IMG/VR virus record: IMGVR_UViG_3300037692_000137
Span: 1 to 64,000 of that record
Strand: one strand, 5' to 3'
Source of the DNA: a virus
Taxonomy: Duplodnaviria > Caudoviricetes
Length of the DNA: 64,000 bases
A program made the position numbers and the translations under genes. Every line of letters begins with the position of its first letter. The first letter of the stretch is position 1. Under the pieces are notes generated by a model. It was given only the letters and a program-made list of their open reading frames with translations, searched no databases and had not been told where the DNA came from. Positions 17,856 through 27,538 of this stretch are shown piece after piece.

Positions 17856-18696
17856 ATAAATCCACTGTTAGTTTTTTTATTGGGTAGTTGGTTATTAAAA
17901 CTTCTTCTACTTTCCCCCTTTTTGCAGCGTCACTATTAATACATCTACTAACATCTATAGTATTAACAGTATACTCTTTATACAAATCCTGTATAAAGGA
18001 GGTGCTTGCATTAGACAGTAGCCACTTAATCTCGCGTCTATTTAATTCATCACACAAGTTCTTTACAAACTGTTGGTCCTTCTGATTAAAGTCATCCTTA
18101 TTGTAGCCTGTGAATGAGTTACTATCTAGTATATCATACGGAGGGTCCATATAAACAAAGTCACCACTCTTAACATAGTCTAATATTTTACTGAAATGTG
18201 CACGTTCAATGTGTGTATCTTTAAGACTTTCAGCACACTCCATTAATAAAAACTTATCATTGATAGTAGGGCCATTTCTAAAACCAAAGGGAACATTAAA
18301 GTAGCCCTTGGAGTTTACCCTATGTAAACCATTAAAGCAAGTTTTATTTAAGAATAAAAATCTAGACGCACGTTCTACGTCACTTGTATCCTTGTATTCC
18401 TTACACTGATCTTGTTCTCTAATATAGTAAAAGTACTCTTCATGATTTATATGCTGCTCTAATGAGTCCAGTAGCTCATCTGTGTGGTCTCTTAGTACTG
18501 TATAGAAATTAATTAGTTCTTCATTACAGTCTATAAGTATAGCGTTTTTTGGTCGTAAATGAAAAAAGAGGGAGGCCCCTCCTGCAAAATTCTCTATGTA
18601 TCTATTATAAGCGGTGGGCATATAGCTAGTTAAATCTTTTAATAACTTACCTTTCCCGCCAGCCCACCTTAATGGGGACTTAGCCATACTAATCAC
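17845..18696 (-). CDS. dam: Dam-family (D12 class) DNA adenine methyltransferase
   Basis: Motifs SPLRWAGGK, ENFAGGASL, NKTCFNGL.RVN..G.FNVPFG, YMDPPY and LSN. Confidence 0.9.
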   Translation of the reverse strand: MISMAKSPLRWAGGKGKLLKDLTSYMPTAYNRYIENFAGGASLFFHLRPKNAILIDCNEELINFYTVLRDHTDELLDSLEQHINHEEYFYYIREQDQCKEYKDTSDVERASRFLFLNKTCFNGLHRVNSKGYFNVPFGFRNGPTINDKFLLMECAESLKDTHIERAHFSKILDYVKSGDFVYMDPPYDILDSNSFTGYNKDDFNQKDQQFVKNLCDELNRREIKWLLSNASTSFIQDLYKEYTVNTIDVSRCINSDAAKRGKVEEVLITNYPIKKLTVDLFGG

Positions 18697-18698
18697 CT

Positions 18699-19676
18699 TT
18701 AAACCGATTTAGTTTTATTAAAGTGCTTTTCTTCTAAGTCAAAAACGTTTTTAATCCTAAACTTAGCTACATCTACCCAGTGTGGGTCTTTATCGTACCC
18801 TATAAAGGCCCTATTGTTTTTTCTACATGCCATACCCGTACTTCCCGAGCCACAGTAGATGTCTAAAACCACTTGTTCTGGACTATTAGTTACTAACTTT
18901 ATTAAAAAGCACATCAACGACACTGGTTTAAGTGTTTCATGTTCATTCTCTATTTTACCATTAATAGTTCTCTCGTCTCTTGTTGGGCGAGGACAATAAA
19001 TAACGTTGGTAGCAATACTGCCCCTAGCATCAGGTACCCAGCCTTTCTGTTTCATACCACCAAAAGTATTACTTTTAATGTCTGACTGTACATGTTTTTT
19101 ACCAGTGTCTTCAAATTTCTTTATAATGGATGTGTGGTCTCCTTTATAAACCATGCGTGTATCATTTATATTAAACAAGTTGGTTCTATAGTTTTTCCAG
19201 TTTTGTTCTTCTGTGCCTTCAAGCTTTTTTCTATACACAAAAACTGGGTTGTATACATTACGTATACGACTTCTGAATGCCTCGTCATCAGTTTTAAAAC
19301 CCTTCGGATGGGTCCCCTGATAGCACCATATGATAATGTCTCTAAAATCAAAATCTGTTTTTGACATTATATCAAAAGTGTTTGCCATCATGGATGGTTG
19401 TCCAAAAAACAGTAGATAACCTCCTGGCTTTAATACACGATAGCACTCCGCCCACACCTCCTTTGTAGGAAGCAGACTATCCCAGTCTTTATTTATATTA
19501 ACACCAAAGGGCGGGTCACACACGATAGCGTGAATGGAATTAGCTGCTTGTCCTTTTATTAGCTCCTCACAGGCGCCCTCTAATACAGAGTACTGTGCCC
19601 CTGTTCCTGTATATATGTTAGACCTTGGACGTCCTTTTTCCGGCCTAACCTTACAATCAAAAATGTCATAAATCAT
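18699..19676 (-). CDS. N4/N6 DNA methyltransferase (beta class)
   Basis: Motifs CDPPF, ECYRVLKPGG, HETLKP..L and VLDIYCGSGSTG. Confidence 0.88.
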   Translation of the reverse strand: MIYDIFDCKVRPEKGRPRSNIYTGTGAQYSVLEGACEELIKGQAANSIHAIVCDPPFGVNINKDWDSLLPTKEVWAECYRVLKPGGYLLFFGQPSMMANTFDIMSKTDFDFRDIIIWCYQGTHPKGFKTDDEAFRSRIRNVYNPVFVYRKKLEGTEEQNWKNYRTNLFNINDTRMVYKGDHTSIIKKFEDTGKKHVQSDIKSNTFGGMKQKGWVPDARGSIATNVIYCPRPTRDERTINGKIENEHETLKPVSLMCFLIKLVTNSPEQVVLDIYCGSGSTGMACRKNNRAFIGYDKDPHWVDVAKFRIKNVFDLEEKHFNKTKSV

Positions 19677-19682
19677 TGCAAA

Positions 19683-22600
19683 TCACCTATCTAATGTATG
19701 TCTTATTAATGCCGATAAATCAGTTAATGTAAAGGGTTTATTTAAGTATCCTAAAGCACCCATAGCCTTTGTTTCACCTATAGGCCCAGCGGCAGAGTAG
19801 CCACTAGCAATTATTACTTTAGCTTTAGGATCGTAGGCCAGCAGCTTTTTTAAACAGACGATACCACCCATACCGGGCATATTAAGATCTAATACTACCA
19901 GGTCTACTTTAGTTCCTTTGGTGTAGACAGCTAAAGCCTCCTCACCATTTTTAGCTACTATAACATTATAACCTTGTACTGTCAAGTAGTTTTCAGTTAA
20001 GCTTGTTAAAGACTCTTCGTCATCGACTACAAGTATAGTCTCATTACCCCCAGTCTCTTCTGTTACAACAATTACTGGTGGTACGTGTTTTATAACCGCG
20101 GTACTATCTGCAGGCAGATAGATACAAAAAGTTGTTCCCTGCCCAACCACACTATCACATGTTATGTAGCCGTCATGATTTTTTACAATGCCGTATACTA
20201 CATATAAGCCTAAACCAGAACCACCCGTAGTTTGTTTTTTAGTGGTAAAGAACGGATTAAAAATCTTGCTTATATTTTCTTGAGGGATACCACAACCAGT
20301 ATCACGCATTTTAAGTACAACATAATCCCCCTCTTTAAACTCTATGTGACCGGCACCTACGTACTTATTACAAGTGCTTATGTCAAGCTCACCGCCATTG
20401 GGCATGGCATGCATAGCATTTAATGCTAGGTTCATTATTACTTGTTCCATCTGCCCAATATCCGCTCTAATAGGGGCCAAGTCTTTAGCTAAAAAGTAGG
20501 TGATATTTATCATCTTAGGCATAGTCCTTTGCATAAGACTTACGGTACTCTCTATCGAATTATTTAAGCTAATTGGCTCTTTAAAACTCTTTTCTTTTTC
20601 AGAAAAGTACTTAAGCTGCCCTGTTAACCTGGCACCCTTATTAGCAGCCTCTACTACAGCCTGCATGTACTCTTTTTTTGGTACTATTTCCTTTTGTAAG
20701 TCTAACATAATTAAATCAGAGTACCCTAAGATAATCTGTAATATGTTATTAAAGTCGTGTGATAGCCCACCAGACAGTGTGCCTATGGCCTCCATCTTCT
20801 GGGCCTCACGTAATTGCTTTTCTAAACGCAATGTTTTAACTACATTACGCTTTCGCTGTATTATACGCCAAACATTGTCTGCTAGTGTAGTTAACTGGTC
20901 AACATCTTTACTACTGTACTCCCCCTGATGCTTATTGCCTACACCAAATATGGCCACTATCTTATTACCATCGAAAACTGGTACATTCATATGATTAGTC
21001 ACAGGTACATGACCTTCAGGCAACCCACGCTTATGTGTGTAATTTGGATAGTCATTTATAAAAACAGCTTCTCGTTGTCTTAAGCAATCCGCCCATACAC
21101 CACACTTGTCTAAATTATAAGTAACGTTTAGTTTCTCTGACTGAGCGCACCCCTTCATGGCCACACCATTATACGCCACTTGGGTTATTTTATCTTCATC
21201 TTTATTAACTAAACTAACGTAACTTATGGAACTGTCACACAGCTTTGAGATACTATCAGCTACAAACGCAAATATGGTTGATTCATCACGTTCTTCCATT
21301 TGACTAAGTTCTAATAATATTTCTTTACGTTGGTTCGATAGTTTAATTTCCTCTTCAGCATGTTTACGTTCAGATATATCAGTGATAACACAGTGTGTCT
21401 GTTTAAAATTACCCACATCGTCGTAACCAACTCTGCCACTTACACTAACGCATACTAACGCACCATCAGATTTTTTTAATACAAGCTCTATACCAGAAAG
21501 ATAGCCAAGCTCTTTAAGTTTAGGTAAAAGGGCGTGTAACTGCTCATGATACCGTTCGTCAACAAAAGAGCACACACCACGCCCTTGTATCTCTTCTTTT
21601 TTGTAGCCTAATAGTTCCAGCCAAGCTTTATTAACATCTAGTATTTTACCCTGCATATCTAATGACTGATAAGCTAGTGGAGCGTTCATAAACAAGTCTT
21701 TATACTTTTTCTCATTCTCTAAAAGACGGGATGAGGACTGTCGTAATTCCACCTGCCTTAACTCGTTAGACCGTAGTGCTAAAAAAATACCTAATAAACC
21801 AACTACATAAACTATGGCATGGCTATAAACATCAGTTACAGTTTTAGAATCCGCCAGCTCATGTATACGATCCATAGGGATACTTATACTTAAAATACCT
21901 ACTAGATCGCCGGATTTAAAGCTGGTATGGCAGTTTTTACACCCGTCTACAGCGTAAATTGTATGCATATAATTAAAGGTATTCTCATCTGTAAAGTAAC
22001 TTTCTGTTTTTGATTTTTCCTGTATATCTTTTAGTAGTGTTTCTTCCCAAGGTTCTAGTAGGCCTCTGCCTATATCTGTATTAAAACCTATAACACGCGA
22101 TTTACTAGCAACCATACGTGTGTCTACTGCTCTACTCACTGACTCTAGATTCTTCACAGTACTATATGAGTAACGCATAAGGGTGTTTGAATTAAGAAGC
22201 GCTGTATCAGCGTCTAGACACTTTTTTACGTAAGTATGGTCTTTATTGCTATTATCTTTAGCAAAAGCGCCGAGCAGACTACCGTAGTTTGTTACCCAAG
22301 ATCTAAGTAATAAATCTTTTTCAAAGATGTTTTGTGCCTCTACCAGCGCTGTGCGTTCTACTATACCGTGTATTCTAGCATGATTATAAATTAATGAGGT
22401 TGATATTAAAGCAGTCCAGGTAAAAAATATTACGGAGTATGCTGTTGTGTTAAGTTTACCACCAAATTTGGTTATAAACAGAAGTATCGTTGCTATAATA
22501 ATAATAAAAAGTATACTATAAGGAACAACAGTTTTTAGATTATAAATATTTATTGTTTCTGTTTGTTTAGCTGCTTTTAAAAACCAATTACGTAATGAAC

Positions 22601-23306
22601 TATTGTATGGTGATGTTTCTACATCCACCCATTGTTGCATATAACTATCTATGGTAGTAAGGACATCAAGATTAGTATCTTTAAGTGTTGTAAATGATGT
22701 GACAGAGGGCGCAAAAAATAAACTAGTTCTTTTTATATCACGTGTATTTAGTACAGGGCTAATAATTAGATTATTTGCAACTATAAAGTCTACAGCATGT
22801 GTAGCCATAGCTTTAAATAATTCAGCATTATTTGGATACTCCACTAGTAATGGTGATATACCATAGCTGTGGCAGTAGTCTAAAAAGGCCTGTGTGATAA
22901 CAGCTCCTTTTATAGAGCCTACTTTTCTGCCTTTTATATCAGCAAAAGTGTCTATGTTTATATTATTATGTGTATAAATTGTGCCCCAAAAGGATAGCAC
23001 AGGCACTTTTGAAAAAGAAAATTCTTGCTCAAGAGCGGCTGTTTTAACTACGGAAGGTAAAAGTTGTATCTTACCTACTCTTAATTCGTCTAAACACTCT
23101 GAAAAATTACATTCTTTGTATAGTATAGTCCAATTTTCTAATTTAGCCACAGAATTAAGTACATCTATATATAATCCCTGCGCTTTACCATCCTCATAAA
23201 ATGTGATTGGTTTGTTATCAAAAACACCAACTACTAATTCTTTAGCTGGTACTAATTGGGCTAACAAAATAAATATAATAGTGAGTGTAAGGACTTTTAT
23301 CTTCAT
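19683..23306 (-). CDS. hybrid sensor histidine kinase (SBP, heme-c sensor, PAS, GAF, HisKA, HATPase, REC)
   Basis: Signal peptide, family 3 solute-binding domain, TM segments, CKNCH, PAS, GAF, HDFNN, N/G1/F/G2 boxes, and a receiver domain (VVDDE, VLDLNMPG, KPF). Confidence 0.93.
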   Translation of the reverse strand: MKIKVLTLTIIFILLAQLVPAKELVVGVFDNKPITFYEDGKAQGLYIDVLNSVAKLENWTILYKECNFSECLDELRVGKIQLLPSVVKTAALEQEFSFSKVPVLSFWGTIYTHNNINIDTFADIKGRKVGSIKGAVITQAFLDYCHSYGISPLLVEYPNNAELFKAMATHAVDFIVANNLIISPVLNTRDIKRTSLFFAPSVTSFTTLKDTNLDVLTTIDSYMQQWVDVETSPYNSSLRNWFLKAAKQTETINIYNLKTVVPYSILFIIIIATILLFITKFGGKLNTTAYSVIFFTWTALISTSLIYNHARIHGIVERTALVEAQNIFEKDLLLRSWVTNYGSLLGAFAKDNSNKDHTYVKKCLDADTALLNSNTLMRYSYSTVKNLESVSRAVDTRMVASKSRVIGFNTDIGRGLLEPWEETLLKDIQEKSKTESYFTDENTFNYMHTIYAVDGCKNCHTSFKSGDLVGILSISIPMDRIHELADSKTVTDVYSHAIVYVVGLLGIFLALRSNELRQVELRQSSSRLLENEKKYKDLFMNAPLAYQSLDMQGKILDVNKAWLELLGYKKEEIQGRGVCSFVDERYHEQLHALLPKLKELGYLSGIELVLKKSDGALVCVSVSGRVGYDDVGNFKQTHCVITDISERKHAEEEIKLSNQRKEILLELSQMEERDESTIFAFVADSISKLCDSSISYVSLVNKDEDKITQVAYNGVAMKGCAQSEKLNVTYNLDKCGVWADCLRQREAVFINDYPNYTHKRGLPEGHVPVTNHMNVPVFDGNKIVAIFGVGNKHQGEYSSKDVDQLTTLADNVWRIIQRKRNVVKTLRLEKQLREAQKMEAIGTLSGGLSHDFNNILQIILGYSDLIMLDLQKEIVPKKEYMQAVVEAANKGARLTGQLKYFSEKEKSFKEPISLNNSIESTVSLMQRTMPKMINITYFLAKDLAPIRADIGQMEQVIMNLALNAMHAMPNGGELDISTCNKYVGAGHIEFKEGDYVVLKMRDTGCGIPQENISKIFNPFFTTKKQTTGGSGLGLYVVYGIVKNHDGYITCDSVVGQGTTFCIYLPADSTAVIKHVPPVIVVTEETGGNETILVVDDEESLTSLTENYLTVQGYNVIVAKNGEEALAVYTKGTKVDLVVLDLNMPGMGGIVCLKKLLAYDPKAKVIIASGYSAAGPIGETKAMGALGYLNKPFTLTDLSALIRHTLDR

Positions 23307-23323
23307 AGTAGTACCTCTGTACT

Positions 23324-23358
23324 GTGGGGGCTATTGCCTTATAGACGCAAGCCCCCAC
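23324..23358. promoter_or_regulatory. GC-rich hairpin upstream of the kinase RBS
   Basis: GTGGGGGCT/AGCCCCCAC outer stem with an inner TTGC/GCAA stem. Confidence 0.45.
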
Positions 23359-23418
23359 GATAAACCAATTAGTTTTTACAGGTATTAAATATTCTTTTTA
23401 ATAGACAAAGCAGTTTAC

Positions 23419-23727
23419 TTAACCAGCTTGTACTATCTCCAGTGCGCCGGGGGCATTTGGCGCAATAAAATCTAAAGGGACTGCAGTCACAACGCTCATG
23501 TCACTCTCGTTGCCGACCGCATCATAAGCAGTTACACCAAGATTAAAGATACCTTCTTCTCCCGCAGCCACTGTAGATAAGTCTACCTCCATCTTCATAT
23601 TAAGATTAATTGAAGGTGAGTCATAAGTTAATTCTGCTGGTGCTTCTATAAAGTATAGTTTGTAACCAGCCACGTCCACACTACTAGAACCTGGGAATTT
23701 TAAAGTTTTACTTACAATTTTTGCCAT
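23419..23727 (-). CDS. FN3-like small protein
   Basis: DVAGYKLYF...LGVTAYDAVGNESDMS pattern. Confidence 0.65.
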   Translation of the reverse strand: MAKIVSKTLKFPGSSSVDVAGYKLYFIEAPAELTYDSPSINLNMKMEVDLSTVAAGEEGIFNLGVTAYDAVGNESDMSVVTAVPLDFIAPNAPGALEIVQAG

Positions 23728-23745
23728 TTTAGTTTCCTCCTAAGT

Positions 23746-24438
23746 TTATTGGATTGTTATTGCTCCAGCGCCAGCTATCCAGCCGGAGAGTAGTTTTGGT
23801 GCAGAGACCCAATCTACCATGTTATCTGCTTTTAAATCTACTCTATATAGACCTGTGACAGGTAATAGTATAGTTACTGTATTTATAGCTACTGTAGATG
23901 TTACACGATAAACCTTTTTATTAATGTCATACAGTCTATATGTATATGACGTAGCACCAGTCACTGGGGGCCAAGATATCACTATGGCTTTATCTGTTGT
24001 GCCTACATATAGGTTACCTCCTAAAAGTTGAGCATCTGGGAAATTTATTGTTATAGTATTAGGGTCTATTGCACCACTAAGTACAGGTGGTTCTATTACA
24101 GGTACAGCTGCGGCCGCAATAGACACAACAAGCTCATTGGAATAGTCGCTCTCAAAATTATCGGCATCATAGGCAGTTGCCGCAAAATATTTTGTGACAC
24201 CATCAGGTAAATCAGTTACTGTGTAAGTTACCTTACCATCTACGGTTGCTGGTAAACCAACATCTATGACCACGTTGTAAGTACGAGACTCACTACCATA
24301 ATGGATTTTATATCCGGCCAGCTTATCGTCAGTATTAGGTGTCCAAGTAAAAGTTAGATCTGCCGCATACAAGGTACTGCTTATACTGAGTAAACATAAA
24401 AATAAAATTAATGCGGTGCTTTTAATAAAACAGCTCAT
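23746..24438 (-). CDS. secreted fibronectin type III domain protein
   Basis: Signal peptide, then LTFTW.PN....LAGYKIHYG...Y....DVG...YFAATAYD....ESDYSNE. Confidence 0.8.
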   Translation of the reverse strand: MSCFIKSTALILFLCLLSISSTLYAADLTFTWTPNTDDKLAGYKIHYGSESRTYNVVIDVGLPATVDGKVTYTVTDLPDGVTKYFAATAYDADNFESDYSNELVVSIAAAAVPVIEPPVLSGAIDPNTITINFPDAQLLGGNLYVGTTDKAIVISWPPVTGATSYTYRLYDINKKVYRVTSTVAINTVTILLPVTGLYRVDLKADNMVDWVSAPKLLSGWIAGAGAITIQ

Positions 24439-24441
24439 TAT

Positions 24442-26016
24442 TTATAACCCCAAGTCATTGTATATGTCATCTATATTATGAATTATTTTATAAGGTATAT
24501 TTAGTTTATTATATGTATTTAGTATATTAGTATTTACCTCACTTCTAAATTTAGGGTCCAAATCACGTACACCATCAGCTAACTGAAAGTTAAACATATC
24601 CATATTTGGTATATAAATAGTCTTATATAAATTTAGTATATGGTCCTTTATTACACCTTCATAGGCTGACATTGTAGAATTGCTGCCATGTATAGTAAGA
24701 TCGTAACAATAAGCGTCCATTACAGACCTATCAGCAATAACAAAATCAACCTTATCTTGTAATTCTAATTCCTCAGTTATTTGTTTACATGTTAACCATC
24801 TTGGAGTATGGGAACCTGCCCCCTTATTTATAATAAAGGGGCATTTCCGAGCTAACTCGTCGAGGACCACAGCATTTTTACCGGCCAATTTCATTTTAGT
24901 ACAAAGACTATACGCTATGGTGCTTTTTCCAGAGTTTTTTAATACTGTACCATCTGCATGGAGAAATAAATTATTACCGTCAAGAGTAAATCCATAATAA
25001 GTGCCAATACCAAGAGGGGTTACATTACGTATGCCCACTCTTGATGTTGTTCTTTGAGGATTTTTTACCTGTACCGCCTTTTTATGTGCAAGTTTACATG
25101 GTATTATATCTATACCTCTTGTTAAATTTACCCTATAATAATATCCCTCTTTACCATTATTTGTGCAAACACATTTTACTTTTTTTATTGTTGTGTGTAT
25201 ACCGCAACTTCTAGAAATATAAAATAAATCATAGGCTAGTTGTTTAGACTTTAATTTTACTTCATATCTACCTTTACTACGTTGATCTAAGTGTCCATCG
25301 GCATCCAGTATACCGGCTATAATGGATAAACGTTGTTCTATACTTGCATTAAAATAATCTAAGGGTATATGTTTATTATTAATTAAATTATATTTCTGTA
25401 AATCAACTAAAAAACTATTCCCTTTACCTCTAACATTAGTTATTCCATAAGTATACTTAGTATTACCAACGTGTTTAAAAAACAAATTTCTGCTTTCAGC
25501 GAAACACTTAAATGTATTTAATATAATTTCATCTGTATTAGTTAATCTTGTTCCTGCTGAATGCCCATCACCAAGCCAAACACCCAGTATATATGGCGGT
25601 ATTGCTAAGGTACTACTTACTGCTCTTTTAATAACAGCATTAAACTTACAAAGAATTCTTTGTTTTTGTTTACCTAATTTTAAATAATTTTTTACTGTTA
25701 TTATACGTATATCACCTAATTGTTGCTTTTTTAGTGATCTTTTTGTAGCCCCACTTTTACGAGATTGTGAGTATTGTAATACTAACTCGTGACTTGTATT
25801 ATAAATATGTTTTATTCCATCAATATATTCAAATTCATAAAGATCTTCCCTACCGTCTTTAAGTTCCAACACTCTTCTTGGGGTAGAGTCATCCCCCATT
25901 AAAACATCACCAACTACTATAAGTTCGACTGGTTTTATGGTACCATCATACATTCTAACTAAGGTGCCTTTACCAAAACAACCATGCGTGCCGCTAATAG
26001 CTATAATTTTCTTCAT
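24442..26016 (-). CDS. P-loop kinase/ATPase (AAA_28/NadR-like) interrupted by an intein
   Basis: The spliced Walker A reads GTHG+SGKST. Also E.AR, ADRSVMD.Y.Y and DGVRD motifs. Confidence 0.85.
   Translation of the reverse strand: MKKIIAISGTHGCFGKGTLVRMYDGTIKPVELIVVGDVLMGDDSTPRRVLELKDGREDLYEFEYIDGIKHIYNTSHELVLQYSQSRKSGATKRSLKKQQLGDIRIITVKNYLKLGKQKQRILCKFNAVIKRAVSSTLAIPPYILGVWLGDGHSAGTRLTNTDEIILNTFKCFAESRNLFFKHVGNTKYTYGITNVRGKGNSFLVDLQKYNLINNKHIPLDYFNASIEQRLSIIAGILDADGHLDQRSKGRYEVKLKSKQLAYDLFYISRSCGIHTTIKKVKCVCTNNGKEGYYYRVNLTRGIDIIPCKLAHKKAVQVKNPQRTTSRVGIRNVTPLGIGTYYGFTLDGNNLFLHADGTVLKNSGKSTIAYSLCTKMKLAGKNAVVLDELARKCPFIINKGAGSHTPRWLTCKQITEELELQDKVDFVIADRSVMDAYCYDLTIHGSNSTMSAYEGVIKDHILNLYKTIYIPNMDMFNFQLADGVRDLDPKFRSEVNTNILNTYNKLNIPYKIIHNIDDIYNDLGL
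24934..25980 (-). mobile_element. intein with LAGLIDADG homing endonuclease (349 aa)
   Basis: Runs CFGKGT...ADGTVLKN with Ser at +1. Endonuclease motifs LGVWLGDG and AGILDADG. Confidence 0.88.
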
Positions 26017-26017
26017 A

Positions 26018-26788
26018 CTACATCCATACCCCAGACATATCCAAAGAGCGGCCTACCGGATTAGCAATCTGAATAAGCTTTCTTAAATTACAAGAAAAGG
26101 AGTTGCCGTAACTTCCATTTTGAAGCTTTGTAATAAAATGTGTAGATTCTGGATAGCGTTCAATATATAGTGCTAGCAAATCACCCATAAATTCTTCGCT
26201 ATTTAAATTAGTAAACATTTCATTACAGGCTGTAAAATCCTCATCTTCAAATCCCCAAAAGCTGCCGTCAACAATGGCGTAGTCATGTACAATATCATCT
26301 TGTGTACGTCTTACACATACTACTAGAACATCTAAAGTAAGGTCTTCTGAAATGGCCGCTTTCATTCTACGAGGTAGAATATTCACAGCTTTAACGTGTT
26401 CCGGATAGATGGAGGCGTTTGACAGCAATTTCTTATTATTACCTTTAACTGACTTAATTTCAATTGCCATTTTAGCATCCAAAGATACTATATCAAAAGC
26501 ACACTGTGAGGGCATAAGCTGCCATGTAAATTCTGGGAACATTGCTGCAATATACTTTCTAAGCCTCTCAGAATTTTTGTCAACACTACCATTAAAGGCC
26601 CATGACCTATCAGCAGCGGATAACCACTCAGCGCAGACTCTAGCTACTGCCAATTTAATGGGGTTACTGCTAGCAGCAATTCTAATATTATTTTTAGGCT
26701 CCTTATATACCTTACTACGCGTCGTTTCCAATCCAGTTGCTGAATTAATTACTACAAAACTACTTCCTTTTCCTTGTACCTGTTGCAT
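26018..26788 (-). CDS. PD-(D/E)xK restriction-endonuclease-like protein
   Basis: FDIV......IEIKS motif; specificity not assignable. Confidence 0.5.
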   Translation of the reverse strand: MQQVQGKGSSFVVINSATGLETTRSKVYKEPKNNIRIAASSNPIKLAVARVCAEWLSAADRSWAFNGSVDKNSERLRKYIAAMFPEFTWQLMPSQCAFDIVSLDAKMAIEIKSVKGNNKKLLSNASIYPEHVKAVNILPRRMKAAISEDLTLDVLVVCVRRTQDDIVHDYAIVDGSFWGFEDEDFTACNEMFTNLNSEEFMGDLLALYIERYPESTHFITKLQNGSYGNSFSCNLRKLIQIANPVGRSLDMSGVWM

Positions 26789-26801
26789 AATAACACGCTC
26801 C

Positions 26802-26990
26802 TTAGTTTAAGTCTAATCCCGATGCTACTGCTGCCAATTCCCCACCGCAGTCGCACAACATCTGTCGGCCAAAAACTTTTGTATCAAGTACTTTTTTGGC
26901 GCCGCAGCTTTTACACACATACTGAAATAACCTTAAATTAGATAGTTCTTTTTTATTTGCTGGTTTTTCTCTACCATTTTCTTTATACAT
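26802..26990 (-). CDS. small zinc-ribbon protein
   Basis: CKSCG...CDCGG. Confidence 0.6.
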   Translation of the reverse strand: MYKENGREKPANKKELSNLRLFQYVCKSCGAKKVLDTKVFGRQMLCDCGGELAAVASGLDLN

Positions 26991-27500
26991 TTACTCTTCC
27001 TCCGGCATCATGTCATAGAACGCTGGGTCTACAGACAGTATGTAGGTTGCTGACATAGCCAGCGCCTCTTTATTTTCATTTATTAACCAAGTATATTTAG
27101 GTTTATCTGCCCAAAGTCTAAGACGCTCTGTAACTATTTGTCTGGCAAAATCTTGCCCAATAATTAATGATTTAAATTGTGTACTATACTTACTTCTAAT
27201 GTATCTAAGATAGCCACTGCGCATAAGAGCCCATACCAAAGATACTTTCCATTCATGTAGTAGATCTTCAGTAGTCACATAAACTACCCTGTAGTTCTTA
27301 AATTTAGTATCTATAATATCATTGGTTAGTTTATAGTTTAAACTATAAACCCCATTAATAACTGTACCAAACATTGGTATAGTAATATAAAAAGAGTTTT
27401 TATCTGATGTAAAGTCTAGTCTATAAGTTAAAAGCAGTGCTCTTAATATAACTTCAATTTCTGTAGCTAATGCTTCAATGTCCATAAAAGTTACCTGCAA
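26991..27500 (-). CDS. hypothetical protein
   Basis: 169 aa ORF abutting the next gene. Confidence 0.65.
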   Translation of the reverse strand: MQVTFMDIEALATEIEVILRALLLTYRLDFTSDKNSFYITIPMFGTVINGVYSLNYKLTNDIIDTKFKNYRVVYVTTEDLLHEWKVSLVWALMRSGYLRYIRSKYSTQFKSLIIGQDFARQIVTERLRLWADKPKYTWLINENKEALAMSATYILSVDPAFYDMMPEEE

Positions 27501-27538
27501 TTAGATAGGGGCCTAAGCCCCCACCCATTTAAATTTAT

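Noticed and set aside
23324-23420. c-di-GMP or other known riboswitch upstream of the histidine kinase
   Set aside because: Only a single hairpin is present, and I could not find the GEMM consensus elements.
26018-26788. Assignment to a specific named type II restriction enzyme family
   Set aside because: Only a generic D...EIK motif is visible, and naming it would need an HMM search.
27505-27525. Terminator after the Clp-like gene
   Set aside because: The GGGGC/GCCCC stem is short and has no U-tract on the coding strand, so it is not supportable.
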